Positions 1-11,900 of a DNA stretch of 64,000 bases are shown here, piece by piece. Position numbers and translations under genes: made by a program. The stretch lies in assembly GCA_001179505.1 (NCBI GenBank), contig CDMY01000204.1, forward strand, positions 1-64,000. The letters are read 5' to 3'. Origin of the DNA: Vitrella brassicaformis CCMP3155 (taxonomy: Eukaryota > Protista > Chromerida). Positions within the stretch are counted from its first letter, which is position 1, and each line of letters starts with the position of its first letter. Below the pieces are notes generated by a model. The model searched no databases and was not told the DNA's origin. It saw only the letters and a program-made list of their open reading frames with translations.

Positions 1-101
1 GTCCATTCTGTCTGACGTCCTGTCCGCCATGGCCTGTCTCATGGAACGGACAAAGACTCAACAGCCGTCCTGTCTCACAGATCAGTGGATCGTCGGTCTA
101 T

Positions 102-124
102 GAACCCTAGACCCTAAACCCTGG
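102..124 (+). promoter_or_regulatory. Interstitial telomere-like (telo-box-like) tract
   Basis: gaaccctagaccctaaaccctgg, about 165 bp upstream of the ATG at 290; shares gaaccctagaccctaa with the tract at 22134-22161. Confidence 0.45.
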
Positions 125-289
125 ACCGACTTGCACTTCTGACAGTATATACATAGACAGAATAAAGCCCTGCCCCATCTCAGTCATCCATCAGTCAAGC
201 AGGCTTTTGCAGCCTATATGCAGGCGATGGACTGTGTGCATCTCTGTATGCAGCGGTTCGCACTTGGGCTTCTAGACTCTCTTAGCAGC

Positions 290-1362
290 ATGTCGCAGGT
301 TGAGAGCCAAGGTGAGGGCGAGAAGCATGAGATCGAGGCCATTCTCCAGTGCGTTAAGGAGGTACGCATACGCGTTCACTGATAGCACAGAAGAGGAGAA
401 TGAGTGCATTCCACACGACACCGTGGCATTGTTGGTGTGGTGTGGGTGATGTTTGCAGGACGGCGTGTACACGTTTGCGGTCAAGTGGTTCGGCTATCCT
501 GAGAAGGCCCGTGACACGGTGTCCTTCCAGTACTGGGAGCCTTACGTACGCACGCACGCGGCAACGACATAGATGGATGGGTGCCTGCTGCTTGTTGACC
601 TCTCTCGCCCGCCCCTCTCTGTATGTGTGACGTAGAAGAATGTCAAGGACCTCAAGGGCGATCTGGGCATCAAGCGCGAGGCGGGTCAACACACATACGC
701 GGCAGCAGTACTTGATGGATCTGCCTCACACTCGCGTGTTCCGGTGTCTGTGGCCGGTGTATCTTTGTATGTTTGCTTGTCGTTGGCTGGCCCTTTGTGC
801 AGTTTCTCATGAAGTCCATCGCATTTCTGTCATCCATCAGTCAAGCAGACCTACTACATATGTTGATCTACATATATGTCTACGTAGAGAACCAAAAAGG
901 GCCTCGTATACAGATACAGATAGGGAGTGAGCGACTAATCTCATTTACAGCACTTGCCAATCACATGCTTGTACTTGCTCACAAGAGCGTCCCGAATTGC
1001 ATCCAGCTTGCCGGACGGGGTGTGCCAGTAAAAGTCCTTTTGGCACGTTTTTTTGTTGCGCTGGTGCGCCATCTGAACGCGGTCCCTCGCCGAACCGTGC
1101 GAGCACCCTGTGTTCCTGAGAGGTGGCTCCTTGCGCTGTGTCTTGATCACCCGGAGTGCAGCCTTGATGGTCGTGAGCTGGACAAGAGGATTGATTTGTT
1201 GATTGCTTCTGTGCACTTGTTGTCCCCGTCCTTGTCTCTCAGACGCCCGGCCCACACAACATGAAGTACGTCTACGAGAAGATGCACCAGTACGCCATCG
1301 AGGACAGCAAGAAGGAGGCGGCAGACAAGGAGAAAGAGATCAAAGAGGAGGACAAGAACTAA
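290..1362 (+). CDS. Small chromodomain protein (multi-exon)
   Basis: Spliced exons read MSQVESQGEGEKHEIEAILQCVKE|DGVYTFAVKWFGYPEKARDTVSFQYWEPY|KNVKDLKG, matching the chromodomain pattern (VKW-GY...WEP--N). Last exon ...KEIKEEDKN ends at TAA 1360-1362. Middle exons are uncertain. Confidence 0.7.
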
Positions 1363-1736
1363 CCAGACGAGCTACGCACGCCACATAGCTCAACTACAGA
1401 CCAATGGGGGCGGGGAGGGAGGGATGGGTGTGTACATATATATGTGGTGGGTGGGTGCGGACGCGGGCTGAGGAAAGCAGGGAGGTCTCTGCATGTCAGT
1501 GATCTCCACCCTCCTTCATTTGCCTTCTGGTGTCTTCGTCTTCCTTGTCCCTTCCCTCTCCTCTCCGTGTGCGGGCGATTTTGGCCGTGTATGTCTGTCT
1601 GACTTCATGAGAGTGTTCGTTGCAATATCGCATGGACGTGCACACACACCAGGGAGAGGCTGCACAGTTGCGTCCATCTACGGTGGCGCACTTCCCATTC
1701 TGATACTGACTCACACAAGTTGAGCAAGGCGGCGAG

Positions 1737-1963
1737 AGACACAAAGAACAGACAGTGCACCAGAGGAGGACAGAGGCAAGGTGATGGATGTTTGTATATA
1801 CACAATTTAATTATACGGATCTTTGCTGGCTGCCCGCTCACCCCCACCCCTTCTCTCCTCTCTCCTATTCTCTTCTTGTCAATACGTACCACACCACACC
1901 ACACCACACCATGCCATGCCATGCCGTGCCACCACGATGCGTGTACGTGTGCACAACTGCATG
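1737..1963. repeat. Dispersed non-coding repeat, copy 1
   Basis: Collinear blocks agacacaaagaacagacagtgca / gaggaggacagaggc / ttaattatacggatct / tctcctattctcttcttgtcaatacg / gcgtgtacgtgtgc / caactgcatg recur at 28350-28522. Confidence 0.85.
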
Positions 1964-2138
1964 TCACTGACTGCATAGGTGCACAAACGCTAGTTATCCG
2001 ATGAGTGTTTGTGAGTGAGGCACACACAAACCCGCGCTGTGTGATAGGGCGATTCACCATCGTGAAACTCCTAATAGAGTCTATAGGCAGAAGCCGAGTG
2101 GAGCTCAGCTTACGGGGAGCTCGAGAGAAGAAGATACA

Positions 2139-4298
2139 ATGAGCACGACCAGTGCAGTGAATCCCACTCTGCTGACGCCGCTGAGCACTCGTGTCGGAGA
2201 CTCTGAGGATGAGACCTGCAGGAGACTCTGGGGGGACCACGGCAGGTACATTGTGCAGCTCATCACGGCGAGGCGAGAGGCCCACCTTAGTGATGCACCC
2301 GAGCTTGGGCTGATGGATGACGATGTCTACATTTCAAAACACCTGCTGCCGCTGCTCTCCCAGGGTGGGCGGGCATGTGCACAAGGCGCGTCGTATCTGC
2401 GCAGTGTCTCTCTGCATGTGCTTCTCTCTGCAGGCATGGAAGAGCTGACCCAGCTCATTGAGGAAATGATGAAAGACGTCAGTCAGTGATGTGTATCGAC
2501 GCACTGATGTGTCGTGTGTATTGGGTCGGTGTGCAGGAGCAGAGCCTTCGCACCGACCCCGGCGTGGCGCAGCGGTTCAATCCTCTCATCTGGCTGTCTC
2601 AGTATCTGATGCGCAACCACCCAGGTCGAGAAACACTGTGACTGATATTGACACAGAAATCAACTGAGTGTAATTCCAACCACCCAGCCTACCTCGACCT
2701 GGAAGCGCTCGACGACGTACAGGGCGCCCGCCCACTCATGGCCACGCGCACAGCGGCAAGAAAAAGATTCTCTAAGTCGTTTGCTGAATGCACCGAGGCA
2801 GAGGTACTGCTGGATGGGCGAAGGAAGGGAAAAGCTGGCCACAAGAGAAAGCATAAGTACATCGTGCCTCTGTGTCTCATGGTCTGGATGGGGTGCAGAA
2901 GGGCCGTCGAGAGCTTCTGCGTCGCCGGCCGCTGTTTGAGAAGGCCTTTATCGAGGAAACCAGTCGGGCCTGTGCGGCAGACTTCCACAGGGACATCGCA
3001 CTTCCCATTATTGCTAAGATTGACCGAGACTGCCGCCTGCAAGGCGCGCTGAGGGACAACCTTCATGTCGACATGATTCAAGCGCCGGAAGCAGCACCAG
3101 CAGATGTCAGCTTCGGCGCTTTCTGGGAGGTTTTTGGGCAAACGATCGAGAAATATGGTGACGGTTGGGGCGGCCAATGACCACGGAAGTCTCTCTCTCG
3201 TATGTACCCATACTCTGCGTCTGTGTGCTCTTGGTTAGATTTGATCCGTGCAGCGGATTTCGAGAGCGGGTCAGTGATTCTGGAGGTGAGTGGAGGTGAG
3301 AGCTGGTCATAGGCAGCAGCGCAGTGTGTGTCTCTGTGTTTGTCGTTTTTGTTTGCCTGTGCCAGGAGGAAGCCAGGGAGAGAAAGAGGTAAATAGCACC
3401 CACAACGCACAACAGAGACATGCGTTTCTGGGTTCGCACCTCACGTCTGCAAGGGCCGAGGAGGAAGGAAGACGCCGCGAGGCGGTATACCCTCACAGAT
3501 ACACGAAACACTCACAAACGGCAATCGACCCTGATAGATGGTCCATCCATGGGTGAGTGTAGGAGGCAGCCCGTCTGCAAGAGGAGAAGCAGAAGCGTCA
3601 AGATGACTTTTTGCTCTTCAATTCTTGGATGGAGGAGAATGCGGCTCTCCAGATGATACTCAAAGGCCAGCAAAGCCTCGTGGGCGTCGAAGAAACCGAG
3701 GAGTGGGGTGACTTGACTGGCTGACACTGAGACACACGCCAACCATACACAGGGAACAGTATGCCCATGTGCGTTGATTGAATGCGGTTGTCAGTGGCGG
3801 GATGGAGCTGATGGGTGACCACGTCGTGGTACGCGCCAGCTGAGAGTCAGTCACCTACAGACACACCAAAGACAGGTGGGTATCGCTGGCATGTCCACAC
3901 AGGTATTGCGGCAGCTGCTGACTCTTTGGGGCTTCCCGCCCGCATCCCCTGACACCACGGGACAGCTGTCAGAGGTCGGGAGCGCACTCACCCACTCAAA
4001 GTGCGGTTATCTCCTTGTCTGTCTGTCTGTCTGTCTATCTGTCTGGCGGTCGGTCGGTCGGCAGCTTGATCCTTGGTGTGAGGTGGACGTGGCGGCAGTG
4101 ATGGACTTCCAGGCGGCGATGGGGATGCCGGTGGACGGGGCCGTCTCTCAGGTGGTGCTCCAGACGCTCACTGACCAAAGTCCGTTAGTGACGTGAAGCG
4201 ACTTGATTCCACGTGATGTCGTCACATCATCTCGATCTGTGGGTGTGTCAGGTTCGTTTCAGCGCGAGAGGCTGGATGTGCTCACCCTCGACTCATGA
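2139..4298 (+). CDS. Hypothetical protein with Dpy-30/RIIa-like docking motif and C-terminal peptidoglycan-binding-like helical domain
   Basis: N-terminal YISKHLLPLLSQGMEEL...FNPLIWLSQYLMRNHP resembles a Dpy-30-type dimerisation motif. C-terminal LRQLLTLWGF...AVMDFQAAMGMPVDGAVSQVVLQTL resembles PG_binding_1. Last exon SFQRERLDVLTLDS ends at TGA 4296-4298. Confidence 0.55.
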
Positions 4299-5374
4299 AA
4301 ATGATGGATGATTCGTCGTAGTCTCGCTTATGGCTTGACACTGCAAGAGAGGGAGGACCCAGGCATTGTCTCTTTGTGTGTCGCATCACATGCCATCAAC
4401 CGTCACTGCCCACTCAGACACCTGACGCCCGCGCTGCCCGTTCGCCCACCCCCTCTTCGTTTAGCCAAATAACTAACTACTCACGGATGACCGACTGACT
4501 GCTCACTCATGCGCACGCCTCTCCGCCTGTCTGCCAATCAACCTCACCTTCCTGCAAGCCGAGAGACACAGAGAGAGAGGGAGAAAGAGAGAGTCGGCAT
4601 AGACCATAGCACCACCAGTAGCGTACACGCACCAGCCAAGAGTCGTCCATCCATCCATCCGTCCATCCATCCCTTGCGCGGCAACAATACGTCACACCCC
4701 TCCAGACCACAAGGCATTACAGCACCACAAAGGGACGGCACGGCAGGAACGACAGAGAGGGGGGGAAGAAAGGGAGAGGAGAGAGAGAGGGAGGGGTGGT
4801 GCCGAGAAAAGACCGCATCGCGAACACCATCAGCCAGGTGGTGGCAGACATGTGGGTATGTCTCTCTCGGTGTCATGAGGGTGGTGTGTGTCTATCTACT
4901 GGACCAGCGCATTGCGCCGCCAGCCATAAAACGCAGCAGCAACACCAAGCACCCATACACTCCTTCGCCATGACGCCTTTTCCCCCGTGTCTGTCTTTCT
5001 GTCTCTGAAGCTATTGTACACGGCCAGGAGCACAAATCTCCCCTTTGTCTTCTGTTTGTATGTTTCTCAATGAGGCGACTAATGACTTGCGAAGGTGAGG
5101 TTCGAAGGGCCGAGCCATTATACACACATACAGTCGCCCGCCAAAAATCGCAACCATGACACATAAACACATCGACCATTATACACACATACAGTCGCCC
5201 GCCGTACGCCACGAAAATCCGTACGTGTGCATCTAGATATACAGACAGCCCGACAGACGGACGGACAGCCCGACAGACAGGCATCGATCCGTGCATGCGT
5301 GGCTCGTACGCATCACCCACCCCCGCTCTATCGACCATCAGATAGACAGAGCAAAAGCAAATGAGTGAGTGCCT

Positions 5375-5436
5375 GGACGCCTGGCTGTGTCTGTGCGTCC
5401 CCTCCGGACGCCTGGCTGTGTCTGTGCGTCCCCTCC
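5375..5436. repeat. Perfect 31-bp tandem duplication
   Basis: ggacgcctggctgtgtctgtgcgtcccctcc twice, at 5375-5405 and 5406-5436. Confidence 0.9.
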
Positions 5437-6024
5437 CCCCTCTCTGTGTGTGCCTTCGTCGGACTCAACGAATGGAAAAAGAGCATACCCACACAATCAA
5501 TCAATCAATCAGACAGACAGACAGACAGAGAGACAGAGAGACAGACAGAGAGTCAGACGGTCGGCCGACAACCGACCAAACAATACTCATACACAAGTAG
5601 ATGGGTGCATGCGAGTGCATGCTTTGGTATGGGTATGGGTATGGGTACGGGCGTATTTCCGTGTGTCAGGTGTGGTGGTGCGCGTGTGTGACGTACAGGA
5701 CAATCGCCATGCACACGAAGCCCGCACCCAACGTCACGATCGGCAGCCAGCCACCGAACCTACACAAAGCAACCAGTTAGGTACCTACATCAAGGAACAT
5801 GTCTTCACCACGACTGACCTTCTGGTAGGACGCCCCTGGCCCTGTGCGGTGTTGTTCTGCTGTGCGCCCGCAGTTACAGCCGGCACAGAGGACCGGCCGA
5901 TCAACCACGTCAACGGCACCACTGCGCACAGACAGACAGACAGACGGAGATATACACAACATGACCGCGGATGGTTGTTGGATGGCTGGATGGCAGGTCT
6001 GTCTGTGCAGCTGGGTTGTGTAGC

Positions 6025-8502
6025 TCACTCACGGCATGTTCTGATGAGTGTGCCGAAGCAGGCAGCGGCGGCGCGGCCACACGCCTGTCCCCATCGCCTG
6101 GCCATGCGCATCATGCGTCTGCGTGCGTCGAATCTGTGTCGGTGTGCGCCGCGGCGCCGGTTGGCCGCGTTGGATGGGTGGTCGGCCGTCCACTCGTCCC
6201 CCTCGGTGAACTCGTCGTTCTGAAGCAACACACGGATGTGCGACAGACGGCTGTTGGTGGTGCCCTCCTGGGAAGTTGTGGCAGTGGCGTTGAGCGGGTG
6301 GCCATCGTCCTCGTCCATCTGAATGGACACATATGCGATGATCTGTGATCTGTGGTGTGGGTCCATCTCTCTCTCTCTCTCCGTGAGAAGTGTATGTGCG
6401 TGCGTACGTTGTGGAGTTGCGAGTCATGGGTGTCGATTTGCTTGGGCGTGGGGGACATTTCGGGCACCACCGACGAGAAACATATGCCGTACCGACCAAC
6501 CTGACGCAACCCACGTACATCTATGCATTCATTGATCACACATGCTCCCTGCCTGCCTGCCTGACCTGGTTCCGATTGCGCTTGGTGGGCTCCATGTCGC
6601 TCAGGAACTTCCACCTGACACGAATGGCGAGATGAATGATGGGTGGAATGGACTTGCTTCACCGGTGCGCTTACTCACCCGAGTCTGGAGTCACACTTGG
6701 CGCAGTGGACGTCCACCACAGACATGCGGCCCTGCGCCAAACGCTGCTCACTGAATCAACATCCACATACCACATCACACATACATACATAGATAGATAC
6801 ATGGAACTGGGTCGTCGATGATGGTGGGCTGGCTGGTTGCCCCCTCACTGTGACGGACCGTTCATTCTTGAACACGACGGCGTGGTCGATCATCTTGTTG
6901 ACCATGTAGGCCCACTCCAGCCCGCTGCCGGCGTTCCAGCAGTGACGGCGCGACACTATCTGATCCTGCACAAGCACAAGCACAAGCACAAACACAAACA
7001 CAATTCCACGTGCGTGCACGGCGCCAGCCGACCATCGGTCTCTCTGCTGTCCTGCCTCCCCCCTACCTTGGCGAACAGAGCGTTGTTGCAGGGCGTGATC
7101 GACGATGTGCGGTGCTGCTGCTGGTGTTGAAGCTGCGGTCTGACGCCCAGGAGTCCGTCTTTGCCTCTGCGTCTGACGCCGGAGCAGAGCATTGCCTTGA
7201 GAGCCGCACGCGGGACCCCACCGGTGTCGTCGACCACTGGCGTGTCGTCGATCTTAAGCAGACGCAGGAAACGGTCCACCAGAAACACTCCGCCGCAAAA
7301 CACGGCGGGCGGCGAGAAAACACCACCGCTGGCAACAACGACATTCACACAGACAGACTCATGGATGTGTGCATCATGGGCTTTCTGGCGTCTGTCTGTC
7401 TGTTTGTCTGACTGACCTTTTTCGTTCTTCATTGATGCCTGTGTCGGTCAGGTGCCGGCCCTGCTCGATGTCCTTGCAGTGCCCCCCATCAGCACCAGGA
7501 GCAGCACCGGAGCCGGCACTGTTGCTGTCGTGAGTCCGCTCCAGCTCGGCGGGTTGTGTGGCGGCTGTGTTGTTGTCATTGGGGACGACCACCTTGATGA
7601 CGTGCTCGCCCAGGTAGTGGCCGCATGTGGTGCAGTAGAGGGAACGGCACTCCAGACGATTCACGTCAACCTGCTCATCGTGATACACAATCCTGCAAAT
7701 ACCGACAGGGACAGTGGGGTGGTTTGGACTCCCTCCCTCCCTCTCCCTCCCTGCCTTACCGGAGCACCTGTGGGCGGGTGCGGTCGAGGAGGTTGAGCGT
7801 GAAGGGCTCGTCCTCTCGGAGGTTCTCCACGGTGCCATCACCCTTCTTGTCGACCACAATCACGCTACTGTTGCTGCAAGTGCTGCTCATGACGTCCTGC
7901 TCGCCGTTGCTGGTGCTTGTGCTTGTGGTGGTGCTTGTGGTGGTGCTTGTGGTTGCGCTGAGGTCGACGTCGAATAGTGGGGAGTCAGTCGAGCTGGCCT
8001 GTGTGCTGATGGACGATATCAGCCGCAGACGGTTGGTCAGCTTCTGCTTGGGCGACGCCAGTCCGGCCGGACGGGGCAGCACCAAATGCGCCTCCCCGAC
8101 GTCATGCAGCAAAATGTGGCTCGACCTGCACAGGTGCATCAACCCATCCATGCCTGCATCCCTCCATCCATCCATCCACCCGTACTTGTCTTTCTGTGCG
8201 TAGTGGCAGATGGGCGCCGAGCAGCTCTTGCAGCACAGGACGCGCCAGAAGAAGGACCGACAGTTGTCATAGGCGGACACCTGGCAGGCGCACACACAAC
8301 GCGTCCCAACCATGCAGACCACTCATAACCACATGAGACGGGGCATGTGTGTGCGCATGTCCACCTGTGTTCCTGTGTGCCGTGGGTATGTGTGTGCGTG
8401 CGGGATGGGTGGTCAGGTCACCTGTGTGAGCGAGAACTTGTATGCGTCAGCGAGGGGCAGCGACGACCCGAGGAGGAAGCAGAGGTCGTCGGGCAGATTC
8501 AT
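6025..8502 (-). CDS. F-box-like N-terminus plus two Yippee/Mis18/cereblon-type zinc-binding domains
   Basis: Exon 1 is MNLPDDLCFLLGSSLPLADAYKFSLT (F-box-like). Domain 1 has VLCCKSCSAPI...LYCTTCGHYLG. Domain 2 has CNNALFAK|DQIVSRRH...WAYMVNK...EQRLAQGRMSVVDVHCAKCDSRLGWKF...NQVGRYGI, a close match to the Yippee consensus. Confidence 0.7.
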
Positions 8503-8932
8503 GGCGGCGATGTAGGTGAGTCACGGGGCGATGAATCAAGCAATCAACTGCCTCATTGCTTTCAAAAACGGGAATGAGATCTCCAGCCCTTGGCTTAGCT
8601 CGCACATCCCTTGGGTCTGTGGGTCGGCCGCGGTATCACGAGGGTCCGAGAAACCATAGATCTGCACTGCGTTCTCTCTTTCATGTGGTGTAGCGACATG
8701 CAGGAAGCCCTTTGGTGTTGTCAAGGCCAGAAAGCGACATCACCGTTAGTTACCATCCATTACATATACTTTGCAGCATCGATCGCATCAACATCATCAT
8801 CCATCATCCAGTGAGTGATCCAGTGAACCTACCGAACAACGCATGCACCGACCCACCCATCCATCCATCCATCCGTCCCCGTGGACCCACTCTCCCTTTA
8901 AAGCGACACCTGGCTCCATCCCTCCATGACAG

Positions 8933-11900
8933 TTAACTCATACATGCTGCTTGCTGCCCAACCACACCTCCGCCACCCTCAGCGGCATCCCCGCCACGCG
9001 GCTGCCCCGTGTCGTTGTCGTTGTCGTCGGCACAGGTGGCGTCCCTCATCTCCTGGTCGGGCGAGGGGGCACCCTGCGTGTCCATCGCGGTGTCTCCATT
9101 CATCGCACTGGCTGCCGCTGTGGCCGCTGCCAGGGGCTGCATCAGCTGCTGGGGCACCTCCACCTCACCCTCCTCTGGCTCCTCGTTGACATGGATGTCG
9201 ATGACGGCCATGTAGGCCCCCAGCTCTTCGGACCGCAGCACCACACACGCCAGACGACGGCCCTCGTTGGACCAACGCCTGAGAAACCACACACACAGAC
9301 AGACAGACAGACAGACAGAGTAGCCACGTGTTGAGTGCGCAAGGTCTGTCTGTCTGTCTGTCTGTCTGTGTGGTCGGCGTACATCATTTTGACTTCCTTG
9401 CCATCCACTTCGCTCCACGACAGCACTCGCCAATCCTGATGCATATATGACGCACGGACGAGACAGCCAGGTGTGGATGGATGGGTGGATGGGCGGATGG
9501 GCGAGGGTCCTACCGTGCAGGATACGACGGCAATGTGGGCTCCCGATGCGACGGCAGCCACACGGCCGTCGTGCGATACGGCCAATACATGCGGACCACT
9601 GATGGATGGATGGCAGGGACGGAGTCGATACGTCGTACAGAGTTGAGTGAGTGATAGATCTGGCCGTGTGTGCGGCTGGCTGCGTACGTATCGAGTTGGT
9701 GTATCTTGGTGGCTTCCTTCTTCAGTGGGTCGATCTCCCACACGCTGATCCCCACGTCCAGGTGGCTCCTGCACCCACCCAGTCCAATCAGCCATCCAAT
9801 CAACCAAACATCTGTCTGTGGTATGTATGCCTCTGTGTGTGTGAGGGTCACTGACGTGACAAGTCGTGGCGTTGCGTTGCCGTCCTTCTGAGTCACCCAC
9901 TGCACCACTGGGACGCCCACGTCCGCCGCGGGCAGCTGCACCACCAGGTCCAGCTCTAGATCACCCTTGACGCGCCACACCTGCACACACAACGCACATC
10001 CATCCATCCATCCACGCCTGTTTCCTCACAGAAGTGTTTGTGGTGAGCAGGTGTCTGTCTTGTCTGTGTGTGTGTCTGTCTCAGCTACCTTGACGGGTGC
10101 GTGGTTGAGAGACATGGATGTTGAGTGTGTGACGAAGTACCTCTCGCCCCCCTGGCTCAGCCACTTGCCGTCCATGTCCTCCAAACACGACAGCTGAATG
10201 AAGGAACGAACCCAACCACAGACACACAAGCAGAGCCACACAAAGACACAGACACAGAGACAAAAGCTGTGGCGGTGCGATGCGTGTCTGTGCCTGGGCT
10301 GCGCACCTCCATTGGCACGTCGTAGGTGTGGTTGGCCTTGATGCGGACGGGCCTGCCGCCGTCCATCGACACCAGGAACACCGTCCCCGCTAAACGACAC
10401 ACAACACAGTGGTCAGAATGGATGGATGGATGGATGGATGGCGGGGAGGGAGAGTAGCGATGTGACGTGGCTTACTGTCGGGGATGAGGGCCAGGAGTTG
10501 GTCAGTGGCCCAGCAGGCGCGCCACACGTCACAGCACAGCTCCTCACTGTTCTGCGAATCGTCCACTATCTGTGCAACCTCGTTCTCGTCCACCAGACCT
10601 GCCAAACATCCACACAGAGACAGAGAGACAGAGAGAAAGACACCTCAGCGCCGTTCGTTCGTTCTTTTAGCCGGGCAAGCAGTCAGTGAGTACATTGGAA
10701 GCTCTGCCTCTGCTGTCCGTCTTTGACGTTCCAGACGACATTGTTCTCGCCCGTCATGATAAGGTACCGCCCAGAGGGCGACACCTTGGCGTCCCCAAAC
10801 ACACCTGACGCTGGCGTCTTCAGCCGATGCACGCACGCACCTGATACAGACAGACAGACAGACGTGTCCACGCACAGGATGATTTTGGCCTTCCCTGTCT
10901 GTCTGTCTGTCTGTTTGTCTGTTCAATGACCAGTGCGTGTTTTCATCGCACCGTGCAGGCCGTATGTGACGGCGCCATCGTCATGGAACACTATCAGGGA
11001 CGAAAGGTCATCCTGACGACAGACAGACAGACAGACACGCACGCATACACCGCGACCGACCAGCCGACCGTACGCAGGCCCCCCTGCTTACAGAGAACAG
11101 GAATGGCGTCGCGTCGCCGAGCAGCTTCAGATTGGTGTGGTCCTCATCCAGCAACTCGACACCTGCACACACACACACAGGCGCGTGACAACCGAACCGA
11201 CTCCATCCTTTTCCTCCCTCCCTCTCTGCCTCTCTTCCTCTCTCCCTCCCTCCCTCCCTCCCTCCCTCCGTCCCTCCGTCCGTCCGTTGCTCACTGCGGG
11301 TGCACTGCGACGCTGGGATGGCCCCCTGGCCACTTCCAGGAGGCAGCTGGTGAAACTCCACTCGACGGGCACCATTCCTGCATCCCCCGGCACGACGCAT
11401 CAGGGCGTAATGTCCAGGTGTCGTTTTGTTTGTTTCTTTCTTCATGTGTTACTCGTCAGTATCGGTCCTGACTTTGCCCCCGTTCCACATGACAGCGAGC
11501 GTGCTCCGATCCCCCCAGACGAACTCAGCCTGACCCAACCCAGCAAAACCCACCACACACAACATTCACTCACACTCAGGTACACCGTTGTCCGTTGTCT
11601 CACCTCCCTCCCTGCCTCCCTCCCTCACCGTGTCGGGCGTGTTGCCGGCAGCAGGAGTGACAGCGACGCTGACGCCCATGGCTTTGGCGCCCCTGGTCTG
11701 TGTGAGGATAATGTGCTCCAGACCCGACATGGTGGCCCTGGGAGGCACACCGGGGAGGTGCTGGGACACCATGAGCACCGACGGTGGAGCGGGGGCCAAG
11801 GTCGGGGTGGGTGTGGCACTGGGGGTGCCAGTGGGCTGGATGGGGGCCATGGGGGCGGGGGGCTGGTGGACCGCCGTCGGCAGAACCGGTGGTCTCACCA

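Noticed and set aside
5115-5203. Two 28-bp direct repeats (ccattatacacacatacagtcgcccgcc) with a 33-bp spacer, CRISPR-like geometry
   Set aside because: Only two copies, not palindromic, no cas genes, eukaryotic context; best read as a local duplication.
4500-6000. Several long six-frame ORFs (e.g. 5369-6223)
   Set aside because: They are translations of GACA/TG microsatellites and antisense overlaps, with no domain content.
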